Assembly (NCBI RefSeq): GCF_000143415.4
Contig: NW_003314261.1
Span: forward strand, 3,088,849 to 3,152,848
Length of the DNA stretch: 64,000 nucleotides
Origin: Selaginella moellendorffii
Lineage: Eukaryota > Plantae > Lycopodiophyta
Direction: 5' to 3'
The position numbers were made by a program, and so were the translations under genes. Shown here piece by piece: positions 12,054 through 23,900 of the stretch (position 1 is the first letter of the stretch; every line of letters starts with the position of its first letter). Under the pieces are notes generated by a model. The model saw only the letters and a program-made list of their open reading frames with translations, did no database searches and was not told where the DNA came from.

Positions 12054-14337
12054 TTACAGGATCGGCTCTTTTCTATACTCCCTGAGAATGACAGGGACGC
12101 TCGTCGGTGGAACCTGCACAACCGGAAAACTCAGTCACTCAAACTTCTGTTTTCAATGATGCAACTCACCATCCCGTGCTCGGTGATGATCATCGAGACG
12201 TAGTCGGCAGGAGTTGCGTCATACCTGGAAGTAACGCAATATGAAGAAAGGGAGAAACGAATCTCATTTGCGCACTCACGTTAGATTCAGCAACCGGAGA
12301 TGCTCGCTCTCGTCCCAGCCAACAAGCTCGCGAAATTCCTTCCTCCCGGCAACTCCAACGAGAGCATCTGGATCGCCTGGAAGGAAGAACTGAGCTCAGA
12401 CCCAAACCAAACAAAGCTTACCGAGCTCGTTGGAGCAAATGGAGTCGAGCTGGACTCTCTCGTGGAACTTGTACGTCTCGCAGCAGATCATGACGGGTAC
12501 CCGGTAACCATGAGCGACCATTGCGGCCGCAGCAGTGCCGACTCTCGAATAAACAGTGCCGTTCGCTAGAATCGAAGCAGCTCCCAGGAAAACCTTCGTC
12601 ACCTCTTGCATGATGTAAGTGACAGCGTTGATGTGCGTGTACGTGCACTTCAGCCCCTGGGCCAGAAGGCTGCGAAGAAGAATTCGTCCCTCGAGCCTGG
12701 GCCTGGAATCCACGACCACCACCCGGAACTTCTTCCCAATGCTGTGCGCGTGAGAGAGAACCATCTCGACGACGCACGAGAAGCCGTGCGTGAGAACCAC
12801 GTCCCCGTCGATGATCTTCGTCACTGCGTGCTTCACTATCTCCTTGTCGGCCAGAATGATCTTCTCCTGAGCAAACGTCTCCAGGTGAGAGACGAGGCTC
12901 GACTTTGCCTCCGCCTCTGTGAGCGTATCCCGCAGCTTCCCGATCTTCAACTTGAACGATCGTATCGCGTTTCCCATGCTGATCGAGAGCGGCCGGCATG
13001 TACTGAGAAACGAGACGTGGCTGTTGATCTTGGCTGTGAGATCTCGAGACATGACCTTTTGAGGCGGTGTTGTGTAGTCTCGGATCATCTCCTTGAAGGC
13101 CTCCAGCATCGCAACGCACCTCGCATTTCCGCCGACGATGTCCCACGTCAAGTACTTCAGTCCAACCTGCAACGCTTTGCGTTTTAGCCGACGAAGGAAA
13201 AGAAGAAAGAAAGCTAGCCTGATACACAGCCGGGTGTATATGCATCGTATCATTCTGGAGGTACTTCTCTTCCAGCGCTTGGAGCTGTGTAGGCGGCACA
13301 AACTGTGGAAGATGCCGGAAGAGCTCTACTCGATGCTTGGTCTCGGTGGTTTGTTCCACAATTGCTCGTCGCCTCGCTTTCGCCACCTTTTGCTCGTCAT
13401 CGAACTGCAGCCTCGGAGCCGGGGCATCCTTCCTTTTGTCCTTCTCCGGAACGACTACTTCCTTCTTCTTGTCCTTCTCGCCGCTCTTGTCCACGGGCTT
13501 CTTGTCAACTCCTTTCTTTTCGTTGCTGCCATCTTTCTTCTGCGGTGGTGGCTTGGCCTTTGCTACGGCCGCTGTGCTAAACACGGGTTAGTCCCAGCTT
13601 CCCACATACCAGGCATGAAGAAGGTTTGATTACCAGAAGCTCTGGCCGCTTCTTTCGCTGCTCGCTGAGACTCTTGCAAAGCCCGCCTCTCCGCCTTGGA
13701 CGTCCGATCCTTGAGTTTCCTTTGCCGTGCATCGTTCTCTGGTCCTGGAAAACACTTTCGATCATCCCAAAAGTTCCTCGAGAAAAAGGCTACCTTCGTT
13801 GTTGTTGATCGCTGGAACTTCCACTCGCTCACTGATAACGTCGGCTGTGCTCTCATTCTCCTTCTCCGGCACCGGAAGCTCATACTTGCTTCTCTCGAGA
13901 CTCATCTCCATCATGCTGCTATTCAACTCTGCCACCATCGTGGGAGAGAGGTCTCCAATCTCGGCCTTCTCGCTGCTAGCCTTCCCATACGAGCTATTCG
14001 GGCTCCCCGCAAGAACTCCCTCTCCACCGGGGTTATAACTCCCCAGTGGCATTTCATCCTCGGCATCGAAATTCCGGGGCGGCAGGGGCGGAGAGCGCGG
14101 CGGGATTGGCACGGGAGCCGCGGGCTTTGGAGGAGAATGATCCGCCGCCGCCGGCACTGCTACGCGAGGCGCGGGCGGGATCATCACCGGCGCTGGCGAA
14201 TCCGGGGCATTTACCTGCGCTGACGACGACGACACCCCCGCGGGGCCGTCCTGCTCGCCCGGCGTCACGAATCCAACCTGCCGGACCTTGGGATCGATCA
14301 CCATCCGCCCTCGCCGGGCTCCTCCTCCACTCTCCAT
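12054..14337 (-). CDS. Translation initiation factor eIF2B subunit delta
   Basis: IDPKVRQVGF, TSKAERRALQESQRAAK, RVELFRHLPQ, IVGGNARCVAML, CRPLSISMGNAIR, NGTVYSRVGTA, CETYKFHERVQLDSICSNELG; last exon VPPTSVPVILREYRKEPIL*. Confidence 0.95.
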
Positions 14338-14407
14338 CGCTAAAACCCTTGCCCTATTTTTTTTTTCTTCTTCACTTCTTCAGGGGTTTAGGGTTCTTCA
14401 TGGATTT

Positions 14408-17146
14408 ATGATGCGGCGATCCGCCAATCCTAAATCCAGCAGCGCGATCGCGGGCGCGGCGAGCACAGCGCAATCGCTCAAGGCGGATTTCCTCAGCCGC
14501 ATCGCAAAGTGGGCGTCGGCCGCGGTTCCTCCTCTCGGCGCTCTCTGGGGCCATCGATTGGCAGCGTCGTGCGAGAAAACGGGCGCTTCGATCAAGAACC
14601 AGGTCCAGTGCCAAAGGTACGCCCTCTTTCCCTCTTGCCTGGATCATGGAAAGGATTTTCCAGTGTGGTTTTCTTCTTCGATCTTGCAGTTGTTCCTTTT
14701 CCTTGCATGCTGGCTGATCGTCGTGCTTGCAGGCTGTGTCTACTTTAATCCAACCTTTTGATACAGGTGTGAGACGATCATCGCCAGCAGTGACGAGCTC
14801 TCCGCCGCCAAAAAAGCTGGTTTCCGGATTTGCAGCTACTGCGGTCACCACAACACACTCAAGAAATCCAAGCCGAGCTCCAACCCCGCTACCCCGGATC
14901 AGCAAACTTCTACCGCGAAGAAGAGGAAGAGGAAAAGCTGGTCGACGCTCAAGGACGTCGCGGCCACGCAGGGACAAAAGGTGATACGCTCCGCTGCCAA
15001 ATCCTCGCCGAGGAGCGAAAAGGTCGCCAAGAAAAAGAGCAGGATGTCTTCTCCGAGCGTTGCTGTGACTCCGATTCCTGCAGAGGACGAGAAGAGAAGC
15101 AATGGAGACTCAAATCTTGTGGAGTACAGGGTGGTGGTGACGGATCACGAGAATGATGGCAATGGTGGCGAGGCCGACTTTAAGCTCTCGGCTCTCAGGA
15201 AGGTGGTCGAGTTTGATTCCAGTATGTGCGAGACTCAAGAAGTTATTGCCGAGTCCGGCCACGTGAAGGTGCTGTGCGTGGAGAACGTTGCTGCCGAGCT
15301 TGGCGAAGCTGTGATCACGACGGTAGAGCAACAGGAAACAAATCCAGATGAGAAGGGAAAAGATCGTGAAGTAGTCGAGTCCAGAGTGACGACTGCTGAG
15401 CTTGTGGAGGTGGACATGGTTACTGAGGCGGAGATGAGTGCTCCAATGGATACTGAGGCCGAGGTGATTGCTCCAATGGATACTGAGGCCGAGGTGGCCG
15501 CAAAGGACGCAAGCGAGAACGAGTTACCACCTTCGAAAGAAAAGGAGTTCCTTGTTTCAGTGGAACTGGTCTCTGCCAAGAACCAAGTGGAAGTGGACTC
15601 TATAGCACCTGTTGTGGAACCTCAGCTTGTCCCGAATCAAATGGAGGGCAGTGAGCTTCTTCCAAGAGAAGTCGAGATGCCTGCCTCAACGGACGCTGTG
15701 AAGGATTTGGATTTGAACAGCAAACCTGAGACGCTGGACGAGCTTCCCTCGCAGACAGAACTAGCCTCACAGACTGCTGGCTCGGAACTGGTTCCAGAGA
15801 AGGAGGAGCTGCCAGCTTCAGAGCAACTTGACAACTCTTCTTTAGAGCAGAAGGACCTTGAGGTGCCAGCTGAAGAAACTGAGCTGCCACAACGGGAAGA
15901 AGAAGACGAGCTGCCAGTTTCTGAAAACGCTGAAGAGAAGTCTACGATGGAGGAGCTTGAACCAGAGAAACCTGAAAACACGACTGCGGAGAATCCTGGA
16001 AACTCTACTACCATGGAAGAGGAAATGCGTGCTTCCGTACAAGAGGAACCTGACCTTCATACTTCGATGGAAGCTGAAGTGCCATCTGAGCGTGCTACTC
16101 CCATTGAACCTGAACGGCCGGACGACATAGCGATGGCAGCACCTGAGACTGCATTTGACAGCTCGCATCGACGTGATCCTGCCAAGATGAAGAGACGATT
16201 TGTGCGTCAACGTGATCCTGCTGGTGCCTTGAAGAGCATTGTCCGGTTTGTGAGCTTGAGTCTAGCTGTTACGTTTCTCTCATTCTTGGCATTTGCAGCT
16301 CGTATTCCCACGCGAGGACCGTTCGAACGGCATGCCATGACGCACACTTGGGTGCTATCAAGCGACAATGCAAGGTACAAGCATTGTTTTTCCTTGGCAG
16401 CGCACTTTCTCACCTCCAGATTGTTAAAGGCTCTGCTTGCTCGTAGCAAGAAGGAGAAGGAGAAAGCTGCATCAGAGAAGAAGCGTGCTGACGAACTCTT
16501 GTTAGCTCTCAAACTTTATAAATCCGCGCGGTAAGTCTCCCAAACTTCTCCGTGTGTCAAGCTAAGTTTTTTGCCCTGCAGGAAACCTCAACGCGGCCAT
16601 GTAGCTAAGTTGGAGGGCAGCTTGCCGGTAAGTGACTAGTTTGGCACTTTCTTTGAACTTGCGTGACAATGGATCTCCAGGAACTGAGGAGCGAGATGAA
16701 CAAAGTTTCGGACGAGGTGAGCACGCTGTCTGGCACAGTGACGCATCTCATCGCGGCAGTGGAAGAACTCAGATCGAAAATCGCTGGTATGAGTAGTAGT
16801 TGTTCATCCAAACTCAAGTAACTCGCGTTGCATTGATGTAGCTGAGAAGAATGCGTCTCCTCACGAAGCACACGATCGAGACGTCGAGCAGCAAGACACG
16901 GCGGCGGCAAGCTGGGAGGAAGATGGCGTGAAACCTCCCGAGAGATTGGAAGCTATTGATGCTGGGAACAAGGACGACAAAAAGAATCCCGGAGATGGCG
17001 ACAAGATCTCCCAGAGGCTTGGAGTTTCAGGGCTCTCGCGAAAGATTTGCAAGAAGAACCTGAGGACCATCTCGCCAAGCTTACGTCTCAAAGGCAACGT
17101 CACGCTCACGAAGATTGGTAGACGATGGAAGATTGGCTCCCATTGA
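14408..17146 (+). CDS. Rpr2/Rpp21/Snm1-like zinc-finger protein with long acidic region and C-terminal coiled coil
   Basis: Exon 1 (14408-14616) spliced to 14767 gives QCQR|CETII...CSYCGHHN followed by KKRKRKSWSTLK, in frame with the 517-aa ORF at 14981. Further GT-AG exons read through to the stop at 17146. Confidence 0.72.
15421..15500 (+). repeat. 30-bp coding tandem repeat (about 2.6 copies, TEAE-x-x-APMD)
   Basis: tactgaggc(g/c)gag...gctccaatgga starting at 15421, 15451 and 15481. Confidence 0.85.
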
Positions 17147-17227
17147 TTGATCCAAGCAAGAGTTTTTTTGTTGTATATAATAAGCATTAAGGTGAAGCGT
17201 TGCTATATTAATCGATGTTAGGTTAAC

Positions 17228-17620
17228 TAAGACACGTTTTGGTGGTTTCTTGTGCCACAAGTAACCGCGTCTCTCCAGAATCTTCCGGCGTCCGCGATAC
17301 GCCCACGTGGCAGATATTACCCTCTCTCACTACGTGTCTCTTTCTGGCCCGCACAACTCTCCACGTGGATGCTTTCGTGTCCGGGCAGCATCCAGCCACG
17401 TCTGCCCGATAGCCGGAAAAGGTAGCTCATCGCCGGTGCATCCACGGCGAAGATTCTTCCAAATAACACCGCGCTTTTTGGGGCGTTGGATTAGCACGGT
17501 ATAAATTAGGGTTCCGTGTGGCATCTTTAAATGCGCTAGGAAAGGATCACAAGAAAAGAGAAGAAGCAAGAGGCAATTGGATTTGGAGCTGCTAGCTTGG
17601 ATTTCTAGAAGCTTTCTAGG
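17228..17620 (+). promoter_or_regulatory. ABRE/G-box cluster, TATA box and HSE-like site upstream of the DREB2-type gene
   Basis: GACACGT near 17231, CCACGTGGC near 17303, TACGTGTC near 17331, CCACGTGG near 17361, GCCACGTC near 17395, TATAAAT near 17500, TTCtaGAAgcTTT near 17603. Confidence 0.6.
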
Positions 17621-17719
17621 GCAGCAGCGGCGAAGCTTCCAATCGGTGGGGGATATAATCCGCGATAGGGTTTCTTCTCGAGCTCTTCCCATCGATCCGA
17701 TTTGAAAAAACGCGATTGC

Positions 17720-18922
17720 ATGACTGTGAACGGCGCGGCCAGGAAGAAGATTGCTTCCCCTCCCAGCAATCTCTTGGTAAGAATCTCTCCGCGCTCCTCC
17801 TCCGCTCTTCTTTCTTTCGATTCCTCTCGAGATTGCTTTGCGCGCAAGCTAGGGAAGCACTCACATTTCGGCTTCCCTCTCCAGATATCTCATGAAATTG
17901 GCGATCGCCCGGAGGAGCAGCAGCAGCGGCGGCGGGCAGGGATCAAGCGGAAGCGCGCGCTCCAGGAGTCAGCTCCGATGATTCTTGCCAGGGTTTCATC
18001 CTCGCTCCCTCCAATGTCTGGGGGTGAATCGGACTCCCCGTCTAGCCGGGCGAAATTCACGCGCAGCCGGCGCAAGAACTCCACTGGGATGATGCATTCC
18101 ATCCAGAACGGCGCGGCCGCCGACGCGCTGGCATCCTGGGCGTGCTCTCCAGCAGGATCATCGATCAAGAAGGCGCCGGCCAAGGGTTCCAAGAAGGGAT
18201 GCATGAAGGGCAAGGGCGGGCCGGAGAATCCCCTGTGCCACTACCGTGGCGTGCGCCAGAGGACGTGGGGGAAATGGGTCGCGGAGATTCGAGAGCCCAA
18301 TCGAGGATCGCGGCTGTGGCTGGGGACCTACGCCACTGCCGAGGAAGCGGCGATGGCCTACGACGATGCAGCGCGGGTGCTCTATGGATCGTGCGCGCGC
18401 CTCAATCTCCCAGTCTCTGGGAGCGCCGGCGGCCAGCGATCGCAAGCGATCAACTTGGATTCATCGCGGCAGACTTCGTCCAGGAAGAAGATGGCGATCA
18501 AGGAGGAGGAGGAGGAGGATTGTGACTCGGGTGTCAAGATGGAGGAGGACGATGGCGAGAGCAGCATCTCCACGTCGTTCCAGTCGATGCAGTCGCCATC
18601 CTCGTATGATTCGTCGTCGGTGGAGCAGGGCGTGAGGGTGAAAGAGGAGCCAGGGGAGATGAAGCAGGAGGATTCCTCGTCGTCGTCCCAGCAGCAGCAG
18701 CAGTCGCAGGGGCTGGCGATCATGGACGACTTGGGTTTCAGCGAGTGCGAGGACTTCCAGGAGCTCATCGATCCGGAGGAACTCATGCGGATTGTGGAGG
18801 GAGAGGACTATGACAGGAACACGAGCCAGATTTGGCAGCAGCAGCAGCAGCAGTGCCAGCAGCAGCCAGCGGCCATGGACGATTTGATGCCGTGGGAGGT
18901 GTCGTTCGATCCTCCCAGCTAA
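17720..18922 (+). CDS. DREB2-type (A-2) AP2/ERF transcription factor
   Basis: DREB2 signature [20 protein letters not shown]2 domain [49 protein letters not shown], and an acidic/Gln-rich C-terminus. Probable intron 17777-17884. Confidence 0.93.
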   Translation: MTVNGAARKKIASPPSNLLVRISPRSSSALLSFDSSRDCFARKLGKHSHFGFPLQISHEIGDRPEEQQQRRRAGIKRKRALQESAPMILARVSSSLPPMSGGESDSPSSRAKFTRSRRKNSTGMMHSIQNGAAADALASWACSPAGSSIKKAPAKGSKKGCMKGKGGPENPLCHYRGVRQRTWGKWVAEIREPNRGSRLWLGTYATAEEAAMAYDDAARVLYGSCARLNLPVSGSAGGQRSQAINLDSSRQTSSRKKMAIKEEEEEDCDSGVKMEEDDGESSISTSFQSMQSPSSYDSSSVEQGVRVKEEPGEMKQEDSSSSSQQQQQSQGLAIMDDLGFSECEDFQELIDPEELMRIVEGEDYDRNTSQIWQQQQQQCQQQPAAMDDLMPWEVSFDPPS

Positions 18923-19259
18923 TACTTCGCCCCCAACTCCCTGGTCAGCGCGGGGAAAGATTTTGAGCAAGGGCGATCGTTCTTTCTATGTTCTTCGATC
19001 GTTCTGTTCGTTTCACGCTTGGTGGAAAACTAGCGGGTTGGTCGGTTCAGTTGGATGGTCGGTAGGAGGGAGTGTACACTAGGAACAAGAGAGGGAAAAG
19101 GAGAAAATTTTGCTTGGTAGGTAGGAAGGAGGGTGCTAAAATTCCTCCTTTTGTAATTACCTATAATGAAAAGAAAAAAATGCGTAGAAGCGTTTGAAAA
19201 GGCCCATTTGAAAATTTCTTTGTGATTATATCGTTCTTTAGAACCCTAAGCTTGGGAGG

Positions 19260-20628
19260 ATGATTCTTCGATTGTGGTGTTGGCACGCGCACGGGGCACT
19301 TGTTCTGGGCGCGCGGCAGCGATGGCGCGCTCCAGCAGGTCAGTCGCATTGCTCGGATTTGATACGAGGATGAGTGTGTGGAGGAAAGTGTGTGATTTGC
19401 AGCGGCTAGATTGTACTGTTCTTGTCAAGCGGATCTTTCGCGTGTGCTTGAGAAGGTAATCTCGCCGTAGATGTTTGACCAGGTAGTGAGTGATGTTTTC
19501 TTGCTGGCAAACAGGCAGACAGAGCTGTCGAGAGGCAAGAGGTTTTGCACACGGATTTCCTGACACCACCCGCATTGCAAGAGTCGCTTGCGTGCGTGAG
19601 AAAGCTCGCGGATGTTGGAGTGGTTGTCTCTGGGGGCTACGCTCAGGTAGAGACGATCAAAACAAAAACAAAAACAAAAATGGAAAACTTTGTGGAACTT
19701 TGTTCCAGGCTGAAAGATGTCGTCTATCACTTGGCCCTGCCGATCTGATAAGAGCTTCCCAATGCAGCGCCGGTGGATATCCTGGAGCAGTATCAGCATT
19801 GAGGTACCATTCCATATATCCCAGCTGTAGCTTTCATGTTGCTCGATTTCTTTGCAGTGTTTCTGGCAAGTTCGTCCATGATGCAGCCAACCATGGGGAT
19901 TTTCTTGGAGCAGTCCTGGGAACAGGAATTGTTCGCGAGAAAGTTGGAGACATTATCGTTCTGGTAAGTTCTATCTTTGCGACTGTGTAAGATGACATTT
20001 ACTGTTGCAAGGATTGTTCTCAAGGTGCGCAAATCCTAGTCGCCCCGGAGCTCGTCGAGTATCTTATCGCCTCTCTCAAGCAGGCAAGTGGTAGAATTCG
20101 TCGTGAGGATTTTCACTTGCTAGTTATGTTTCACACAGGTGAGAACCATTTCAGTCCAATGCAAAGAAATACCACTCGCCGAGATAGAAATCCATAAACC
20201 AAGGTAGAGCTAGTACTTTGCTGAAGGTTGCTAACATTCGTGTTGAAAAGGGTGAAGGCTTTGAAATCTGTGGAAGCATCGTTGAGGCTGGACGCTGTTG
20301 CCAGTGCAGGGTTTAAGCTCTCGCGTTCTAAGCTTGCAGACTTGATAAGGTAGAGTTGAAGAGATGGAAGCTAATGCATCGGACTGTTTGGCTTCGGCTT
20401 TTACTCTGAACAGCAAAGGGGACGTAAGATTGAATTGGAAAGAGGCAACAAAGAGCAACACGAGCTTGAAATCTGGGGATGTTATCTCCCTCGCTGGTAA
20501 AGGAAGACTCCAGGTTAGTATCAAACTTGCTGGAATGCTTTTGAGACGAACTCTCTTGTCTTTAGATCGGTGAGATCGAAACAACAAAGAAAGGAAAATT
20601 TTCCGTGGAAATGATCTGCTATGAATAA
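19260..20628 (+). CDS. YlmH/Sll1252-like S4-domain RNA-binding protein (organellar)
   Basis: HTDFLTPP, SGGYAQ, HGDFLGAVLGTGIVREKVGDII, SVEASLRLDAVASAGFKLSRSK, GDVRLNWKEATK..LKSGDVISLAGKGRL, IGEIETTKKGKF. Start codon approximate. Confidence 0.88.
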
Positions 20629-20749
20629 AGAGCAAACCAGGAAAAGTTGTTTGAAGATCAACATCAAGCCGTTGTCACCATTTGCGACCACACAAATTAC
20701 TTTGGTGGCCTATTAAATTGAATTAATTATGTTTTATAATTTTTGAGTT

Positions 20750-20911
20750 TGTGAGGGCCAAGTGTACGGCTATGATGCCGTATATTAATATTAGTGTAGT
20801 GGGATTTTGGTAGCCGTTGGATTAGTTTCAATTTGGACCACTCGCTCTTGTATATAAATTAGGGTTTTTGGGCTAATTGATATGCACATTTCTATATTCC
20901 AAACATTCACA
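20750..20911 (+). repeat. 5' LTR (162 bp)
   Basis: tgtgagggccaagtgtacggc...acattcaca, matching 25566-25740. Confidence 0.93.
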
Positions 20912-23900
20912 TTGGTGAAGTTGAAGGGCACCTTTGATTGTCCCTGAGGAATGCTTGGATTTGGGATTTTGGTTTAGATTTAGCTTTTGCATTGTCTAGA
21001 TTTAGCTTTTTCCATTTCCTTCTTTTTATTCTTTCCTTTCAGGATTTTGGTTTAAATCTAGCTTTTTGCATTGTCTAGATCTACCATTTCCTTCTAGCTT
21101 TTTGTTATTTCTCTTCTTTTACTCTTTTTTTTTCATTCATCTCCATGGCAGATCAGCAATCTCCTCTTTTGACTCTTGAGCAGCAGTTGGTCCAATTGCT
21201 TGATGCTATGCACTTGCAATTGAACAACCAAACTCAATTGATGGCGGCATTCACGGCACATGGTCCAACTCCTCCTGCTCTTGGTGCCAATCCTCGCGTT
21301 CGGCCGGAGTTCTTTCGTGGGAATCCCGGGGATGATGTGTACCATTAGTTTGATCACTTTACGGTGATTGCCACATATCATTCTTGGGATGATGCTCGAC
21401 GTTTACGTGAGTTTCCTACGTGTCTCCAAGGGATGGCATTGCAATGGTACAATGGATTGAGTGCGGCCACTCGTGAGGATTGGAGTGTTCTTCCGGACGT
21501 CTTCAAAAGCGCCTTCGGACATGCCGACGATTGTGATGATGCCTTCCAACAATTGCATTGTCTTCGCCAAGGGCCATCTGAGTCGGTGATGCAATTTGGC
21601 ATTCGTTTCCGAAGTCTTTTGCTTCGTGCGGAGCCCAATATGTTGGAGCGGATCAAGCTAGGAATGTTGTGGCCAGCACTTCGTCAAGATCTTGCCGGCC
21701 TTGTGCATGCACTTGCTCCTGCCACCCTTGACGATGCTCTTCGCTTGGCACAACGTTATGAGACGTCGCCTCTTCCACTTCTCGCTGCACATCCTTCCAC
21801 TCCACTTTCTATGAGTGATGGTCCTGTTCCCATGGAGGTTGATGCTGCTGCTACTCGAGTCCAAGGACAAGGACGAGGACGTGGTCGTGGCCGTGATGTT
21901 CGTTGCTGGGCGTGTGATGAAGTTGGTCATACTTATCGGCGTTGTCGGCGCTTTCCGGATTGGTGACCTCCATTTCCTGGGGGAGACCTTGGCGTCAACA
22001 ACGTCCTGTTGGTGCTGCTGCAGTTGAAGGTTTGGACACCGAGATGAATCTGGGAAACGAGGAGTCGCGCGAGTAATGGAGGGACCTTGCGCGAATAAGT
22101 TAGTGACCCCTCCATCTTTCTTTCGGGAGTATCATCAAGGGGTTCACTCGGCACTAGTTCATCCAGTGTTTACTTTCCAAGCTCATCTTTATAACAAGAG
22201 GTCTCCTATTATTTTCTCCGTGTTGGTTGATACAGATTCGAGTTTATCTTCTATTGCTCGACCTGTTGCCACACGTTATCGTCTATACTTGCGTCGTGCG
22301 GCAGAACCAGTTTTCATTCTTTATGGCAATGGCTGTACACATGCATGTGCACGGGATGAGGCAAACCTGGTTGTGCGTGTGGGCGATCTCGAGCTTGAGT
22401 TGCAGTCGTTGCAGGTGGTGCCGAGTCAAGCTTTTGACCTCATTCTTGGTATGGATTGGTACAGTGCAATCATGCCAAATGTGACTTTGAGGTTTCTCCC
22501 CCTTGTCTCATACTTCCTTATGTTTCCTCCATTCCTCTCACATCCGTACCTCTTCGTCCCTCTACTTCTACCTTTGCTTCCATTACTTTTGTTCCCCCAC
22601 TATTTCCTCCTGTGTTTCCATCTTGTTCTGCTCTTCCCTTTTCCGATCCCTCCGACGATCTTTGTGTTCCAGCAGTTGACCGGCTCATGAAGGAGTATTC
22701 TAATCTCTTTGACTTTGACCTATCGTCTGAAGCCAAGATTGCTACACATCATCCGATTCCAACTGGGGATGCTCGTCCAATCAAGGTTCTTGTTCGTTGT
22801 CGGTCACCAAAGAAGATCAAGATTTTACGTGCAAATGTCCAGGAGATGTTGGAGAAGGGTGTTATTCAGAAGTCGTGAAGTCCTTGGGCATGTGAACCTC
22901 ATCTTGTGACGAAGCCTGATGGGAGTATTCGTTTCTGCATCGACTATTGTCCGTTAAACGACGTAACAATCCCGGATGTGTACCCTCTTCCTCACACTGC
23001 TAATCTCTTGGATCGTTTGGGGCGAAGTCGTTGGTTCACCAAGCTAAATCTTGCTTCTGGGTACTGGCAAGTACCGATGGCCGAAGAAGATATTCCTAAG
23101 ACTGCTTTTCGTACACCATTTGGTTTGTATGAGTTCTTGGTGATGCCATTTGGTTTGAACAATGCTCCAGCAACTTTTCAACGGATGATGGACGAGGTTC
23201 TTTGAGATATGCCGGAGGTGACTGCTGACTTCATTGATGATGTCTTGATCCACTCGGAGGGGACGTGAGAGGAGCACGTTCGTGATGTTTGTAAAGTGTT
23301 GGATCGGCTACGCGACGTTGGTTTAAAGCTGAAGCGGTCAAAGTGCATGTTTGGGTCCAAGAACACAACTTATTTTGGGTACCGTATTTCTCGTGAGGGT
23401 TTGCAAGTTGATCCTGACAAACTTGTCGCTGTTCTAAAGTTCCCTACTCCGAAGTGTGTGAATGATATGTAGCGCTTCTTGGGCAAGGTGCAGTATCTCA
23501 GGCGTTTTGTGGATCATCTTTCTGATCGCACTGCACCATTGCGAGCGTTGCTGAAGTCATCAACATCATCTTTCATCTGGTCTCCGGATTGTGAGCATTT
23601 GGGGATCTCAAAAAGTTATTGACAACTCCTCCGGTTTTGGCACATCCTGACTACACTCAACCTTTTATTTTGCGCATGGATGCTTCTGACATTGGTCTTG
23701 GAGGTGTGTTAATGCAAGAGAGCTCAAGTGTGCCTGGTTAGCACCATCCCATTGCATATATAAGCCGTACATTACAACCAGCGGAGATGAACTACTCCAT
23801 GACAGAGAAGGAATGTTTAGCAGCAGTTTGGGGTTTTGAGAAACTTCATGCATATCTACATGGTTCTCGGACGTTACTTGAAGGTGACCATGCTGTTGTT

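Noticed and set aside
12418-13629. Long alternative-frame and antisense ORFs over eIF2B-delta (also over DREB2, the PPRs and LPAT)
   Set aside because: Explained by high GC3 codon bias and by exons of the real gene in different frames; no independent motifs.
16669-17146. Separate small coiled-coil gene starting MDLQELRSEM
   Set aside because: GT-AG splicing joins it in frame to the upstream Rpr2-like gene, which is the simpler model.
18970-19110. miRNA-like hairpin in the DREB2 3' region
   Set aside because: Only loose pyrimidine/purine complementarity, with no extended stem visible.
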